Positions 47,395 through 57,352 of a stretch of DNA of 64,000 bases are shown one piece after another; the stretch's first letter is position 1, and every line of letters starts with the position of its first letter. Both the position numbers and the translations under genes were made by a program. Below the pieces are notes generated by a model. The model searched no databases, had not been told where the DNA came from, and was given only the letters and a program-made list of their open reading frames with translations. The stretch comes from Roseibacillus sp. (lineage in GTDB: Bacteria > Verrucomicrobiota > Verrucomicrobiia > Verrucomicrobiales > Akkermansiaceae): contig JBPOGI010000002.1 of NCBI GenBank assembly GCA_051251855.1, forward strand, positions 288,001 to 352,000. Direction: 5' to 3'.

Positions 47395-48246
47395 TTAGAG
47401 CGGCTGAGCGTAGGTGGCGCATCGATTTTGCCAGCCAGCGTTCCAGCGGACGTCTTTGCCTCCGGAGTTGGCGACGCGGCGTGCCATCACTTTCTTGGCT
47501 GAGGCGGAGAATTCCGATGCGGCGGCTTGTCCCGTGGAAGAGCCTCGCATCTCTTGGAGAACTTGGAGTAAGCCCCAACCTTGGCCGTTGTATCGCTCAT
47601 TGGTGTTGATTCCTTCGCCCTTAAAATTGACGTAGTCGATGAGGGCGTATTGGCCGCTGGCGCTGGTGGCGGTGCGGTTGTAGTTGCCTTGCACTCGAGC
47701 GGCGTCGCTTCCGGCTGCTTGGAGGATTTTGGGGAGGGAGGCGCGGGATTTGGCGATGATGAAGTCGGTTTGGAGAGCGACGTTGTTGGCGAGCCAGTCA
47801 CGGAGGCCGGTCATGGCGCGGCCGTTGAATTCGCTTTTGAAGGCGATCTGGGTGGGCCAAGGAGCGCCGCGACTGAGGGCGATGGCGGGTGGATTGGCGC
47901 CTTGTTGGCGCGCGAAGGCAATGAATTGGGGGAAAGATTCGGTATAAGGACCGCTTTTTCCGGCAGGATACCAAATGAAGTGTCCGATTCCGAGAGAGGG
48001 GAAGGCTTCGCCGTCGTTCCAGGCGGTGAGGCCGTTGCGGGTGCCGCCGGACTCGTTTTGCCAGATTTTACGGCCGATGGTGGCCTTTTGGCTGGCGGTG
48101 AGGGTGCTGCGAGTGGTGGCGACTGCCATAGTGCGAGCAGGTTGAGCTGCGGCAGACCCTTGGTTGGCGCGGGGGCCGTCGGCTGGGGTGCAGGCGATGA
48201 GATTGACGATAATTACGGGAGAGAGGAGGAGAATGGCTTTCATCAC
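47395..48246 (-). CDS. Lipoprotein, possible lysozyme-like fold
   Basis: Lipobox NLIAC; IWQNESGG...SLGIGHFIWYP; DYVNFKGEG. Confidence 0.7.
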   Translation of the reverse strand: MMKAILLLSPVIIVNLIACTPADGPRANQGSAAAQPARTMAVATTRSTLTASQKATIGRKIWQNESGGTRNGLTAWNDGEAFPSLGIGHFIWYPAGKSGPYTESFPQFIAFARQQGANPPAIALSRGAPWPTQIAFKSEFNGRAMTGLRDWLANNVALQTDFIIAKSRASLPKILQAAGSDAARVQGNYNRTATSASGQYALIDYVNFKGEGINTNERYNGQGWGLLQVLQEMRGSSTGQAAASEFSASAKKVMARRVANSGGKDVRWNAGWQNRCATYAQPL

Positions 48247-48324
48247 TTGTGGGACAGCTCAATGAATTGAGCTGCAAGAGTCAAGACGGCTTGAGGACAG
48301 CGTTTATTCAGATAAGGTGGGCGA

Positions 48325-48723
48325 ATGAAAATCGATTGGAGTGCGCTTGGTCGTGAATTGATGACGTGGAGCTGGATGGATGGGGCTAAGTTGCTGCTGA
48401 GCGCTCTCATTATTGTATTAGTGACCAAGGTGCAGGTGGTGAATGACAAGATGTCGGCGCTGCTGATTGCCCTGCCGCTGACGTCTCTTTTGGCGATGAT
48501 GTGGATGAATAGCGAGAAGCAGGGGAATGAGCGCATTGCGAATCATGCCGAGGGAACGTTCTGGTTCGTCTTGCCGACTTTGCCGATGTTTTTGGTGCTG
48601 CCTTGGATGCTGCGTAAGGGTTGGGGTTTTGGTTGGTCGCTGGCGGCGAATTGTTTGCTGACCATCGTTTTGTTCTGGGTGATGGTATGGTTTTTGCGGA
48701 AGGTGGGAGTGAAGGTGATTTAA
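48325..48723 (+). CDS. DUF3147-family membrane protein
   Basis: ALLIALPLTSLLAM, FWFVLPTLPMF. Confidence 0.8.
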   Translation: MKIDWSALGRELMTWSWMDGAKLLLSALIIVLVTKVQVVNDKMSALLIALPLTSLLAMMWMNSEKQGNERIANHAEGTFWFVLPTLPMFLVLPWMLRKGWGFGWSLAANCLLTIVLFWVMVWFLRKVGVKVI

Positions 48724-48794
48724 GGAGAGGGGGGCTTTGATTTGTCTTTTGTGCTTGAGGTGGAGGAGCGGTTCAACGAATTCTCTTTCTCAGA

Positions 48795-49187
48795 ATGGAT
48801 CTGGATTTTTTTGCAAAACTCCTCTTGTTTTTACTCGTTGTGGGAACAGGAGTGCTGCTGGCAGCGGCTTGGCGTGCTGATAGCGCGAATTCGACTTGGG
48901 CGACGAGGTGTCAGCTTTTTTCGGGTTTGGGTCTCTTTCTTTCGATAGGTCTTGGATTTCTGTTTATTGTTTTAGATGCGGACGCCGGAAATTCTGCTTC
49001 GAACGCTTGGGCGGTGGTGGTGGGGATTTCTGCTATCGTTTTTATCATCGGGGTTATCGGCTTTTGCGCTCGGTTTGGTGCCACCTGTCGACGAATCACC
49101 CAGCTGGAGGAAATTGAGAGTGCCTTGAGTACGGCGGTGGCTCATTCCGCTGCACAATCTCAAAGAGATGAGGGGCAGTCGTCATGA
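48795..49187 (+). CDS. Hypothetical 3-TM membrane protein
   Basis: Three hydrophobic segments; ATGA overlap with the next gene. Confidence 0.7.
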   Translation: MDLDFFAKLLLFLLVVGTGVLLAAAWRADSANSTWATRCQLFSGLGLFLSIGLGFLFIVLDADAGNSASNAWAVVVGISAIVFIIGVIGFCARFGATCRRITQLEEIESALSTAVAHSAAQSQRDEGQSS

Positions 49188-49612
49188 ATTCCGAGATGAT
49201 TTTTGCAGTGGTCCTGGTGCTTGGTCTCGTGGCCATTCCTATTGTCCCTCCGCTTTTAGTTCTCCGTGGACGGCGTTTTTGGGCTCCTTGGACGATGTTG
49301 GGGGCGGTGGTGCTCTTCGCGCTGACTTTGGTTTCTAATATTGGGGTGCAGTTCTATTTGGGGAAGAGAATGCGAGAGGTGACGGCAATCGGAGGAGCTG
49401 CGATCTATGAATCACCTGAGTGGGAGCGCATCCTTGAGCTGATGCAACTCGCTGCCGTCGTTTTCGGCGGGCTAGTGGTGTTGTCCTTGATCGTCTATGC
49501 GGCTGGGCTTCTCGGGGTGGCTTGCCGTTGGAAGGAGACTTCTCGGCGAGCGAGGGAGTTGGAGGCAAAGACGGCCGAACTGGCCCGCCTTCGTGAAACG
49601 GGATCACCCTAA
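49184..49612 (+). CDS. Hypothetical 3-TM membrane protein (possible paralog of the previous gene)
   Basis: Same topology and C-terminal RR..xLE motif. Confidence 0.7.
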   Translation: MNSEMIFAVVLVLGLVAIPIVPPLLVLRGRRFWAPWTMLGAVVLFALTLVSNIGVQFYLGKRMREVTAIGGAAIYESPEWERILELMQLAAVVFGGLVVLSLIVYAAGLLGVACRWKETSRRARELEAKTAELARLRETGSP

Positions 49613-49648
49613 GGGTTGTGGAGGCTTTTGTTCTGACAAGAAAGTTGG

Positions 49649-51262
49649 CTATGATTCGGCCTTGCGGTGTTTTGGGAGTTTGGCCTTTTTGACAAGTGTC
49701 AGGAATTCTTTGCGGAAGCCGTTGGGGTCGTGGCTGAGGCCCGCCTTGGCCCATTGGCGAATGTTGCTGGGGGTGGTGATTCCCTTGTGGGTGGAGTCAC
49801 GGAGCAGCATGCCAAAGGCGGCCACGGAGGAGGCAAACTGGAATTCGTCGGAGGCTTTTTGGAAGGGGTTTCCGCTGTCGCTGATGGGGACGGTTTGGAG
49901 TTTGCTGCGAGTCGAGGTGGGAGCTTTATGGCGGACTTTGAGGGTGAAGAGTTGGCCGGTGGTTTGGGGTTGAGGCTCGATTTCGTAGAGGGCGGTGACG
50001 CGGTGGCCGGCTCCCATTTCTCCGGCGTCCTTGCGATCGTTGTCGAAGTCCTCGGTGGCGAGGAGACGGGTTTCGTAACCGACAAGGCGGTAGCTTTTGA
50101 CTTTGGCGGGGTCGAAGACGACTTGGATTTTCACGTCTTTGGCAACGATTTGGAGGGTGGCTCCGAGTTGGGTGACGAGAACTTTTTTGGCTTCTAAGAG
50201 GGAGTCGATGTAGGCGGCTTGGCCATTTCCGTTTTGCGCCAACGTTTGCATGGTGTCGTCGCGGTGGTTGCTCATGCCAAATCCGAGAGCGGTGAGGGAG
50301 ATGCCGTTTTGGGCTTCTTTCTTGATAAGGGCTTTCAGCTGCTCTTGGTCGCTGATCCCGACGTTGAAGTCCCCGTCGGTGGCGAGAATGATGCGATTGA
50401 TTTTTTCGGATCGAAATTGTTTGCTCGCAATTTGGTAGGCTTTTTTGAGCCCGCCTTCGCCGTTAGTGGAACCGCCTGCACTGAGGTCTTCGAGGGTGCG
50501 CAGGATGCGGTTACGTTCCGAACAAGGAGTTGAAGGGAGGGCGACCCGCTCTTCGCCGGCATAAGTGACGATGGCGACGCGGTCGCGGTCATCGAGTTGA
50601 TCAAGGAGGAGACGAAAGGATTTTTTAAGGAGAGGAAGCTTGGAGGGGGAGTCCATCGAGCCAGAGACATCGAGTAAGAAGACGAGGTTAGCAGGCGGGC
50701 GTTCGATGGAGGGGACTTCGGCGGCTCGGAGTCCGATGAGAGCGAGTCGGTTGGTGGGTTGCCAAGGACAGCTTGCGACCTCGGCGGTGATGGCGAAGGG
50801 AGCATTGCCTTGGGGTAGGGGATAGTTGTAGTCGAAGTAGTTGACCATCTCCTCAATGCGGACGGCGCTGGCGGGTGGGACCTGCTTGGCTTTGAGGTGG
50901 CTTCGAAGATTGGAGTAGGAGGCGGTGTCGACATCGACCGAGAAGGTGGAGGTGTTTTCTTTGTGGGTGGCGATGAAGGGGCTTTCTTGGAGTTTCGGGT
51001 AGGATTGGCTTTGTGGGGAGAATTTTGAAGAAGCTCGGTTGGGATTGTTGAGCACTGAGTCGATGGAGTTCTGAGTGATGGCAAAATCACCTGACCGCAA
51101 TCCTGCAGTGGCGCTGCCGCTTGCACTCGACATGCTGTAGGCTGGGGCACCAACGGTGACGGATGGGACTACAGAGGCGCCTTTGGCGAAGCGATGGTTG
51201 TTTGTTTGTGAGCAGCCAGCGACACAGAGAAAGGCGAAAAGCGGCCAAGAACGTTCGGTCAT
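49649..51262 (-). CDS. yfbK: YfbK-like VWA/DUF3520 lipoprotein
   Basis: Lipobox VAGC; STFSVDVDTASY, VRIEEMVNYF, DVSGSM, LATDGDFNVG, YRLVGYE. Confidence 0.9.
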   Translation of the reverse strand: MTERSWPLFAFLCVAGCSQTNNHRFAKGASVVPSVTVGAPAYSMSSASGSATAGLRSGDFAITQNSIDSVLNNPNRASSKFSPQSQSYPKLQESPFIATHKENTSTFSVDVDTASYSNLRSHLKAKQVPPASAVRIEEMVNYFDYNYPLPQGNAPFAITAEVASCPWQPTNRLALIGLRAAEVPSIERPPANLVFLLDVSGSMDSPSKLPLLKKSFRLLLDQLDDRDRVAIVTYAGEERVALPSTPCSERNRILRTLEDLSAGGSTNGEGGLKKAYQIASKQFRSEKINRIILATDGDFNVGISDQEQLKALIKKEAQNGISLTALGFGMSNHRDDTMQTLAQNGNGQAAYIDSLLEAKKVLVTQLGATLQIVAKDVKIQVVFDPAKVKSYRLVGYETRLLATEDFDNDRKDAGEMGAGHRVTALYEIEPQPQTTGQLFTLKVRHKAPTSTRSKLQTVPISDSGNPFQKASDEFQFASSVAAFGMLLRDSTHKGITTPSNIRQWAKAGLSHDPNGFRKEFLTLVKKAKLPKHRKAES

Positions 51263-51448
51263 GGCTAGGAAACTAGCATTTCGAATCGGGGTTAAAAGCT
51301 AAAAATGTAGCATTTTAAAGTGAGAGGTCTGGAGAGGCTGGTAGTTTTGGATGACTGCTCGGCCTCAGAGCTTAGCGAGTTCGTGGGTCACCTTTCGCGC
51401 TTCGGGCTTGCATGAGGGGCGGGGGAATGGTTTTTCAGCTGGAGAAAG

Positions 51449-53329
51449 ATGGCAGACGAGAAACAGCGGAAGACTTTGGAAGAGCGGCATGGAATGTCGG
51501 ACTTGGAGCGATTGCGGCATTCCTGCGCCCATGTTTTGGCGACGGCAATTGCGCGGATTTGGCCGGATGTGCAGTTTGCGGCGGGGCCTCCGGTTGATGG
51601 TGGCTTCTATTACGATATGCTGCTGGAGCACCGGATTTCGCCGGACGACTTCGAGAAGATCGAGGCCGAGATGAAGAAGATCGTGAAGGAGAACCAGACT
51701 TTCGAGCGTATGGTGGTTTCTCGCGATGAGGCGATGGTGATGGCGAAAAGTGGTCGCTTGGCCGCCAATGGCGAGCGGGAGGTGGAGTCGACGTTCAAGG
51801 TCGATTTGCTGGATAGCATTCCCGAGGGCGAGGAGATTTCGATTTTTAAGAATGGCGACTTTTGGGACCTCTGCGCGGGGCCTCACGTGGGCCGGACGGG
51901 CAATTGCAAGGCTCACAAGCTGATGAGCGTGGCCAGTGCCTTTTATAAGGGGGATAAGGATAATCCTCAGTTGCAGCGGATTTACGGAACGTGTTTTCCT
52001 AATAAGACGCAGCTGACTGAGCATTTGGAGCGTCTCGAGGAGGCGAAGAAGCGTGACCACCGTAAGTTGGGCAAAGAGTTGGGTCTCTTTACTTTCGACG
52101 AGATGGTGGGGCAGGGCTTGCCGCTTTGGAAGCCGAAGGGTGGTCTCGTGCGCCGTGGGTTGCAGGACTTTATTACCGAGGAGTTGGACAAGCAGGGTTA
52201 CTCGCAGGTCTTTACCCCGCATATTGGTAAGCTGGATCTTTATCGTACGAGTGGGCACTTTCCTTATTACGAGGACAGCCAGTTTCCACCGATGGCGGAG
52301 CGCGATGTTTGGGAAAAGCTCGCCGATGAGAAGGCGGATTGCGGCACTTTGCTGAATGGTCTGCGCACGGGCGAGTTCGAGGGGTTCATGCTGAAGCCGA
52401 TGAATTGTCCTCATCACATCAAGATTTATGGCAGCGACCGTCACAGTTACCGCGACCTGCCGGTTCGTTTGGCGGAGTTCGGGACGGTATATCGCTGGGA
52501 GCAAAGTGGTGAGTTGGGTGGCCTGACTCGGGTGCGGAGCTTTACTCAGGACGATGCGCATATTTTCTGCACCCCGGACCAGGTGGCGGCCGAGATTCAG
52601 GGATGCTTGGGTCTTGTGAAAAAGGTTCTCGGGACTCTAGGAATGGAGGATTACACGGTGCGTTTGTCGCTTCGGGATCCGGATTCGGACAAGTATATTG
52701 GGGAGCCTGAGAATTGGGACAAAGCCGAGGATGCTTTGCGTGAGGCGGTCAAGGTAATGGGCGTGGAGGCGATTGAGGAGCCCGGCGAGGCGGCTTTCTA
52801 CGGTCCTAAGATTGATTTTGTGGTGAAAGATGTCATCGGACGTGAGTGGCAGCTGGGCACGGTGCAAGTGGACTACAATTTGCCTGAGCGTTTCGACCTT
52901 TCCTATATTGGAAGCGACAACAAGCCGCACCGTCCAGTGATGATTCACCGAGCGCCGTTTGGTTCGCTGGAACGCTTTACGGGACTGCTTATTGAGCACT
53001 TTGAGGGGAAGTTCCCGACGTGGCTTTCTCCGGAGCAGGTGAGGGTGTTGCCTATCTCTCAGCAATTTAACGATGAGGCCCAAAAGGTGGTCGACAAGCT
53101 GGCGGCGATTGGGGTTCGAGTGAAGCTGGACGGCAGTGGCGACAAGGTGGGGGCCAAAATTCGTCTTGCGAGGCTAGATCGAGTGCCCTATATGTTGGTC
53201 TTAGGCGCACGTGAGATTGAAAATAATCAAGTGAGCGTTCGCCACCGGGACCGCGAGGATCTCGGAACCCAATCGGTGGATGACTTTGTTGCTAGCATAC
53301 AAAAAGAAATTTCGGAGCGGTCGCTTTGA
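51449..53329 (+). CDS. thrS: Threonyl-tRNA synthetase
   Basis: RHSCAH, DLCAGPH, RDHRKLG, KPMNCPHH, FYGPKID, MIHRA. Confidence 0.98.
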   Translation: MADEKQRKTLEERHGMSDLERLRHSCAHVLATAIARIWPDVQFAAGPPVDGGFYYDMLLEHRISPDDFEKIEAEMKKIVKENQTFERMVVSRDEAMVMAKSGRLAANGEREVESTFKVDLLDSIPEGEEISIFKNGDFWDLCAGPHVGRTGNCKAHKLMSVASAFYKGDKDNPQLQRIYGTCFPNKTQLTEHLERLEEAKKRDHRKLGKELGLFTFDEMVGQGLPLWKPKGGLVRRGLQDFITEELDKQGYSQVFTPHIGKLDLYRTSGHFPYYEDSQFPPMAERDVWEKLADEKADCGTLLNGLRTGEFEGFMLKPMNCPHHIKIYGSDRHSYRDLPVRLAEFGTVYRWEQSGELGGLTRVRSFTQDDAHIFCTPDQVAAEIQGCLGLVKKVLGTLGMEDYTVRLSLRDPDSDKYIGEPENWDKAEDALREAVKVMGVEAIEEPGEAAFYGPKIDFVVKDVIGREWQLGTVQVDYNLPERFDLSYIGSDNKPHRPVMIHRAPFGSLERFTGLLIEHFEGKFPTWLSPEQVRVLPISQQFNDEAQKVVDKLAAIGVRVKLDGSGDKVGAKIRLARLDRVPYMLVLGAREIENNQVSVRHRDREDLGTQSVDDFVASIQKEISERSL

Positions 53330-53470
53330 CCGTGCCAACCACCTTCGCGCTCAACGATGAACCCTGTTTCGTCAGTGGCGCTTGCCTTTCGAAACCAGCC
53401 AGGAGGCAATTTTCTCGAAATGAGGAACACTTTCTGCGGTTTTAAAAACTGAACCAAAACCACAAAAGCC

Positions 53471-54289
53471 ATAGCTAAGAAAAAGAGACCGAAAAGACAG
53501 CGGAGAGAAATCATCCGGATTAACGACAAGATCCGCGCCAACCGAGTGCGTGTGCTTGCCCCCGATGGAGCTCAGCTGGGAGTGATGGACCTGCGTGATG
53601 CCGTGAAGGCCGCGAAAGAGAGAGGTCTCACTTTGGTAGAAGTGGCCGGCAAGGTTGACCCACCTGTTTGTCGAATCGTCGACTATGGTAAGTGGCGTTA
53701 CGATCAGTCTAAGCTGAAGAAGAAGAAGGACATCACTGCCAAGATGAAGGAAGTGAAGTTCCGAGTCCGGACTGAGGAGCATGACTACAACATTAAGATG
53801 GGTCGTCTTGAGGAGTTCTTGGATGCTGGTTTTAAGGTCCGGGTGCAGCTTCAGTTCCGTGGTCGTGAAAACGCGCACAAAGAATTGGGAGTCGTTGTTC
53901 TGAAGAAGGTGAAGGAGGACGCTAAGTTGATGGGTCATTGCGATCAAGAGCCTCGCATTGCGGGTCGTGCGGTCAACATGGTGCTCTCACCGCTGCCGAA
54001 AGGTCAGCGCAAGCGCCGCTTCAAACTGATTCATGGTGATCTCATCGATCCTGATGAAGATTACGAGGATGATGACGACGATTTCGAAGAGGACGAGCAC
54101 GAGGAGGGAGTCGCTGAGGCTTCTGATGTGCCCGCGCCTGACGACGCTTCTGATGAGGCGGAAGAGCCAAAGTCTGAGAAGGCAGAGGAGTCCAAGGCTG
54201 AAAAGGCTAAGGAGTCCAAGGCTGAAAAGGCTAAGGAGCCAAAGCCTGAGAAAGCAGTGAAGCCAAAGTCTGAGAAAGAAAAAGACTAG
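53471..54289 (+). CDS. infC: Translation initiation factor IF-3, probable non-canonical ATA start, long acidic/repeat tail
   Basis: RINDKIRA, PPVCRIVDYGK, KEVKFR, FRGRE. In-frame TGA at 53450 and no ATG/GTG/TTG before the conserved IN motif. Confidence 0.9.
   Translation: MAKKKRPKRQRREIIRINDKIRANRVRVLAPDGAQLGVMDLRDAVKAAKERGLTLVEVAGKVDPPVCRIVDYGKWRYDQSKLKKKKDITAKMKEVKFRVRTEEHDYNIKMGRLEEFLDAGFKVRVQLQFRGRENAHKELGVVVLKKVKEDAKLMGHCDQEPRIAGRAVNMVLSPLPKGQRKRRFKLIHGDLIDPDEDYEDDDDDFEEDEHEEGVAEASDVPAPDDASDEAEEPKSEKAEESKAEKAKESKAEKAKEPKPEKAVKPKSEKEKD
54158..54277 (+). repeat. Five 24-bp tandem repeats (AxxxKxEK) in the infC 3' end
   Basis: AEEPKSEK/AEESKAEK/AKESKAEK/AKEPKPEK/AVKPKSEK. Confidence 0.85.
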
Positions 54290-54305
54290 AGAAACGATTT
54301 GCTAG

Positions 54306-54353
54306 ATGTCATTGGACTGTGAGCTTTTGCTTGGTCCAATGGCATTTTTTTTT
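54306..54353 (+). terminator. Intrinsic terminator after infC
   Basis: atgtcattggac...gtccaatggcat stem followed by a long T run. Confidence 0.7.
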
Positions 54354-54406
54354 GGTAGGCAGGGCGCGCTGACGCTCGTGGTTTGCTGGGAACCTTAACT
54401 TTTGAA

Positions 54407-55093
54407 ATGATGGAAGAACGACTACTCCTTTTTGATATTGATGGCACTCTTGTGGATACGGGTGGGGCGGGGATGGCGGCGCTGGTGGATGCTACTCGCG
54501 AAGTTTTTGGGGATGATGGGCCAAAGTTGGACTTGGCGGGTGCCACTGACAGCGGGCTTTTGAAGAATATCTACCGAGCCTTTGATCGAGAAGAAGATGA
54601 GGCAACGACGGCTCGGTTTTTTGACCTTTACCTTGCGAGGCTGGAGTTGAATTTGGGGAATACCTGCTTTTCTGGATGCGCGCTGGAGGGGGTGGTTTCG
54701 ATTTTAAAAGAAGTGGAGGCGGCGGGAGTTTGCAAAGGACTTCTTACGGGAAACATCGCTGCTGGTGCAGAGGTGAAGATGAGGCACTACGGCATGGATG
54801 GATTCTTTGCTTTCGGAGCCTATGGCGATGATCACCATGATCGGAACAAGCTCGGACCTATTGCGCTGGAGCGGGCGAAGGGGGTGGCTGGAAGGGGTTT
54901 CCAGGGGCAGCACGCGATTGTGGTGGGAGATACTCCGAAGGATATTTGGTGCGCACAGGCGTTTGACGCGAAGTCGGTTTGTGTGGCAACGGGGAGCTTT
55001 ACCGCCGAGCAGTTAGAGGCTGAGGGGGCGGATGTGGTGTTCGAGGATTTCTCGAATGTTGAGGCGGTGCTGGCGGAGTTGTTGGAGCGTTGA
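54407..55093 (+). CDS. HAD-family hydrolase (phosphoglycolate-phosphatase-like)
   Basis: FDIDGTL, LTGN, VGDTPKD. Confidence 0.9.
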   Translation: MMEERLLLFDIDGTLVDTGGAGMAALVDATREVFGDDGPKLDLAGATDSGLLKNIYRAFDREEDEATTARFFDLYLARLELNLGNTCFSGCALEGVVSILKEVEAAGVCKGLLTGNIAAGAEVKMRHYGMDGFFAFGAYGDDHHDRNKLGPIALERAKGVAGRGFQGQHAIVVGDTPKDIWCAQAFDAKSVCVATGSFTAEQLEAEGADVVFEDFSNVEAVLAELLER

Positions 55094-55169
55094 CTTAAGT
55101 CGTCGAAGGGGTGGCTAGTTTGCGGGAGAGGGTGATCAAGTTGGCTTTGGACGACTGAAGTTGACCCTC

Positions 55170-55172
<3 letters not shown>
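55084..55172. repeat. GGAG-type REP doublet
   Basis: ggagcgttgacttaagtcgtc ... gacgactgaagttgaccctccta; contains the stop codons of both convergent genes. Confidence 0.65.
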
Positions 55173-55934
<762 letters not shown>

Positions 55935-55940
55935 GGCGGA

Positions 55941-56912
55941 CTATTTTTTGCCTTTGTATTCGAAGGAGCGGCCTTCGGCTTCGTCTTTGCCGGGGAAGTC
56001 CTTAGGAATCTCTTGGGTGACTTGTCCGCTGGCAGCCCACTCGGAACCACGCAGGAAGGTGACGATGAATCCGACGCCTTCGAAGGCTTCGGTATCGTGT
56101 CCGAGGGTGGTGTGAAAGACGCGACCTTTGCCGTAGTCGATGGTCATGAGGATAGGTTCGTTGCGGCCTTCTTTTTGCAGGGCAGGGGTGTCGGCTGCGG
56201 TGGCGAGGATGGTCATGTTTTCACCGGGTCCGCGAAGCTTGGAGTAGCACTCGTCTTTGCTGTGCATCCAGAAGTCGGGGAGGCCTTTGGTGATAGGGTG
56301 GTCCTTGACACGCATGGTGATCAGGAACTCGGACTGGGGTCCGTGGTGTCCACACTTACCTTCGCTCTCGTCACGGACGATATTGCCGTCGGCATCGTAG
56401 TAGACGTAGGGTCCGTGCTTTTCGTTGCGTCCGCCCCAGCCGCCGAGGCCGATCATTTTGTTGAACTCAGGCCAATCAGCCCAGCTGTTGTTGGCGGCAT
56501 GTACGATGGAGAGTCCGCCGCCGTTGTTCATGTATTCTTCGAGATTACGCTTGGTCTTTTCAGGCCAACCAGCGGCATTGTAACCGAAGTTACTGACGAC
56601 GAGGTCATACTGGGAGAAGTCAGGGTCAAAATTTGGATCGGCTTTGGGCTTTTTGAGGCCTTCCCATTCACCGGTTCCGGCGTATTCTAGCCACTTTTCC
56701 TCGCGCTCGTGCTTCCAGAGGAATTTGGTGCGCTCGATATCCACTTCGAAGAGGCCGGTTTCTTCGAGATACTGCTTCATCATGATGGTGGACTTGGGCC
56801 AGACCGCGTGGTTGTTTTGACCGTCGACGATGAGAGCTTTGAGCTTCTCTGCTGCGGTGAGGGGGGCGGCCAGCGCGCAGAGGGTTGCGGTAAAAGTAAG
56901 GATGTTCTTCAT
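55941..56912 (-). CDS. Secreted ThuA-domain protein
   Basis: ALIVDGQNNH, GGGLSIVHAAN, DECY, YGKGRVFHTTLGH. Confidence 0.88.
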   Translation of the reverse strand: MKNILTFTATLCALAAPLTAAEKLKALIVDGQNNHAVWPKSTIMMKQYLEETGLFEVDIERTKFLWKHEREEKWLEYAGTGEWEGLKKPKADPNFDPDFSQYDLVVSNFGYNAAGWPEKTKRNLEEYMNNGGGLSIVHAANNSWADWPEFNKMIGLGGWGGRNEKHGPYVYYDADGNIVRDESEGKCGHHGPQSEFLITMRVKDHPITKGLPDFWMHSKDECYSKLRGPGENMTILATAADTPALQKEGRNEPILMTIDYGKGRVFHTTLGHDTEAFEGVGFIVTFLRGSEWAASGQVTQEIPKDFPGKDEAEGRSFEYKGKK

Positions 56913-57025
56913 GTTGATAGAATTCAAACAGGGAACGGTCGCACGAAAAGGAATATTTCGAGTTCTGCGGAATTCGGCATCGTTTTTGCCAAAAGGGATT
57001 GGTAAGCGGGCTACTGCTGAAAGCT

Positions 57026-57352
57026 TCAGCTGCGTTTCTTTTTACGACCAGTCTTGTCGCGAGCGGCGAGCTGTTTTTCTCGGGCCAAGAAGCGGGGGAG
57101 GAGTTTTTCCTCGATCCAGTCGAATCCTGCTTGAAGCCCCTGTTCGTCGTAGACACGGCCGATTTCGGCTTCTACTGAGGTGGGGTTGCCTTGGAAGCGA
57201 AGGAAATCATTCGATGTGAAGCGGATGAAGGCTTGCCCGTCGAGGCCTTCGCCTTTGGCGAGAATCCATTTGCGGACATAGAGGGCGAGGACTGCATCCC
57301 CGATCCAAGCTTCTTCGCGCTCCTTGGTGAGCGCGTCTTCGTCAACTTTCAT
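57026..57352 (-). CDS. Minimal RNase III catalytic-domain protein (Mini-III-like, no dsRBD)
   Basis: EEAWIGDAVL, SN and VEAEIG match RNase III signatures; 108 aa. Confidence 0.7.
   Translation of the reverse strand: MKVDEDALTKEREEAWIGDAVLALYVRKWILAKGEGLDGQAFIRFTSNDFLRFQGNPTSVEAEIGRVYDEQGLQAGFDWIEEKLLPRFLAREKQLAARDKTGRKKKRS

Noticed and set aside
51365..52561. 398-aa minus-strand ORF
   Set aside because: Antisense to thrS.
54158..54277. CRISPR-like repeats
   Set aside because: Contiguous in-frame coding repeats, no spacers, no cas genes.
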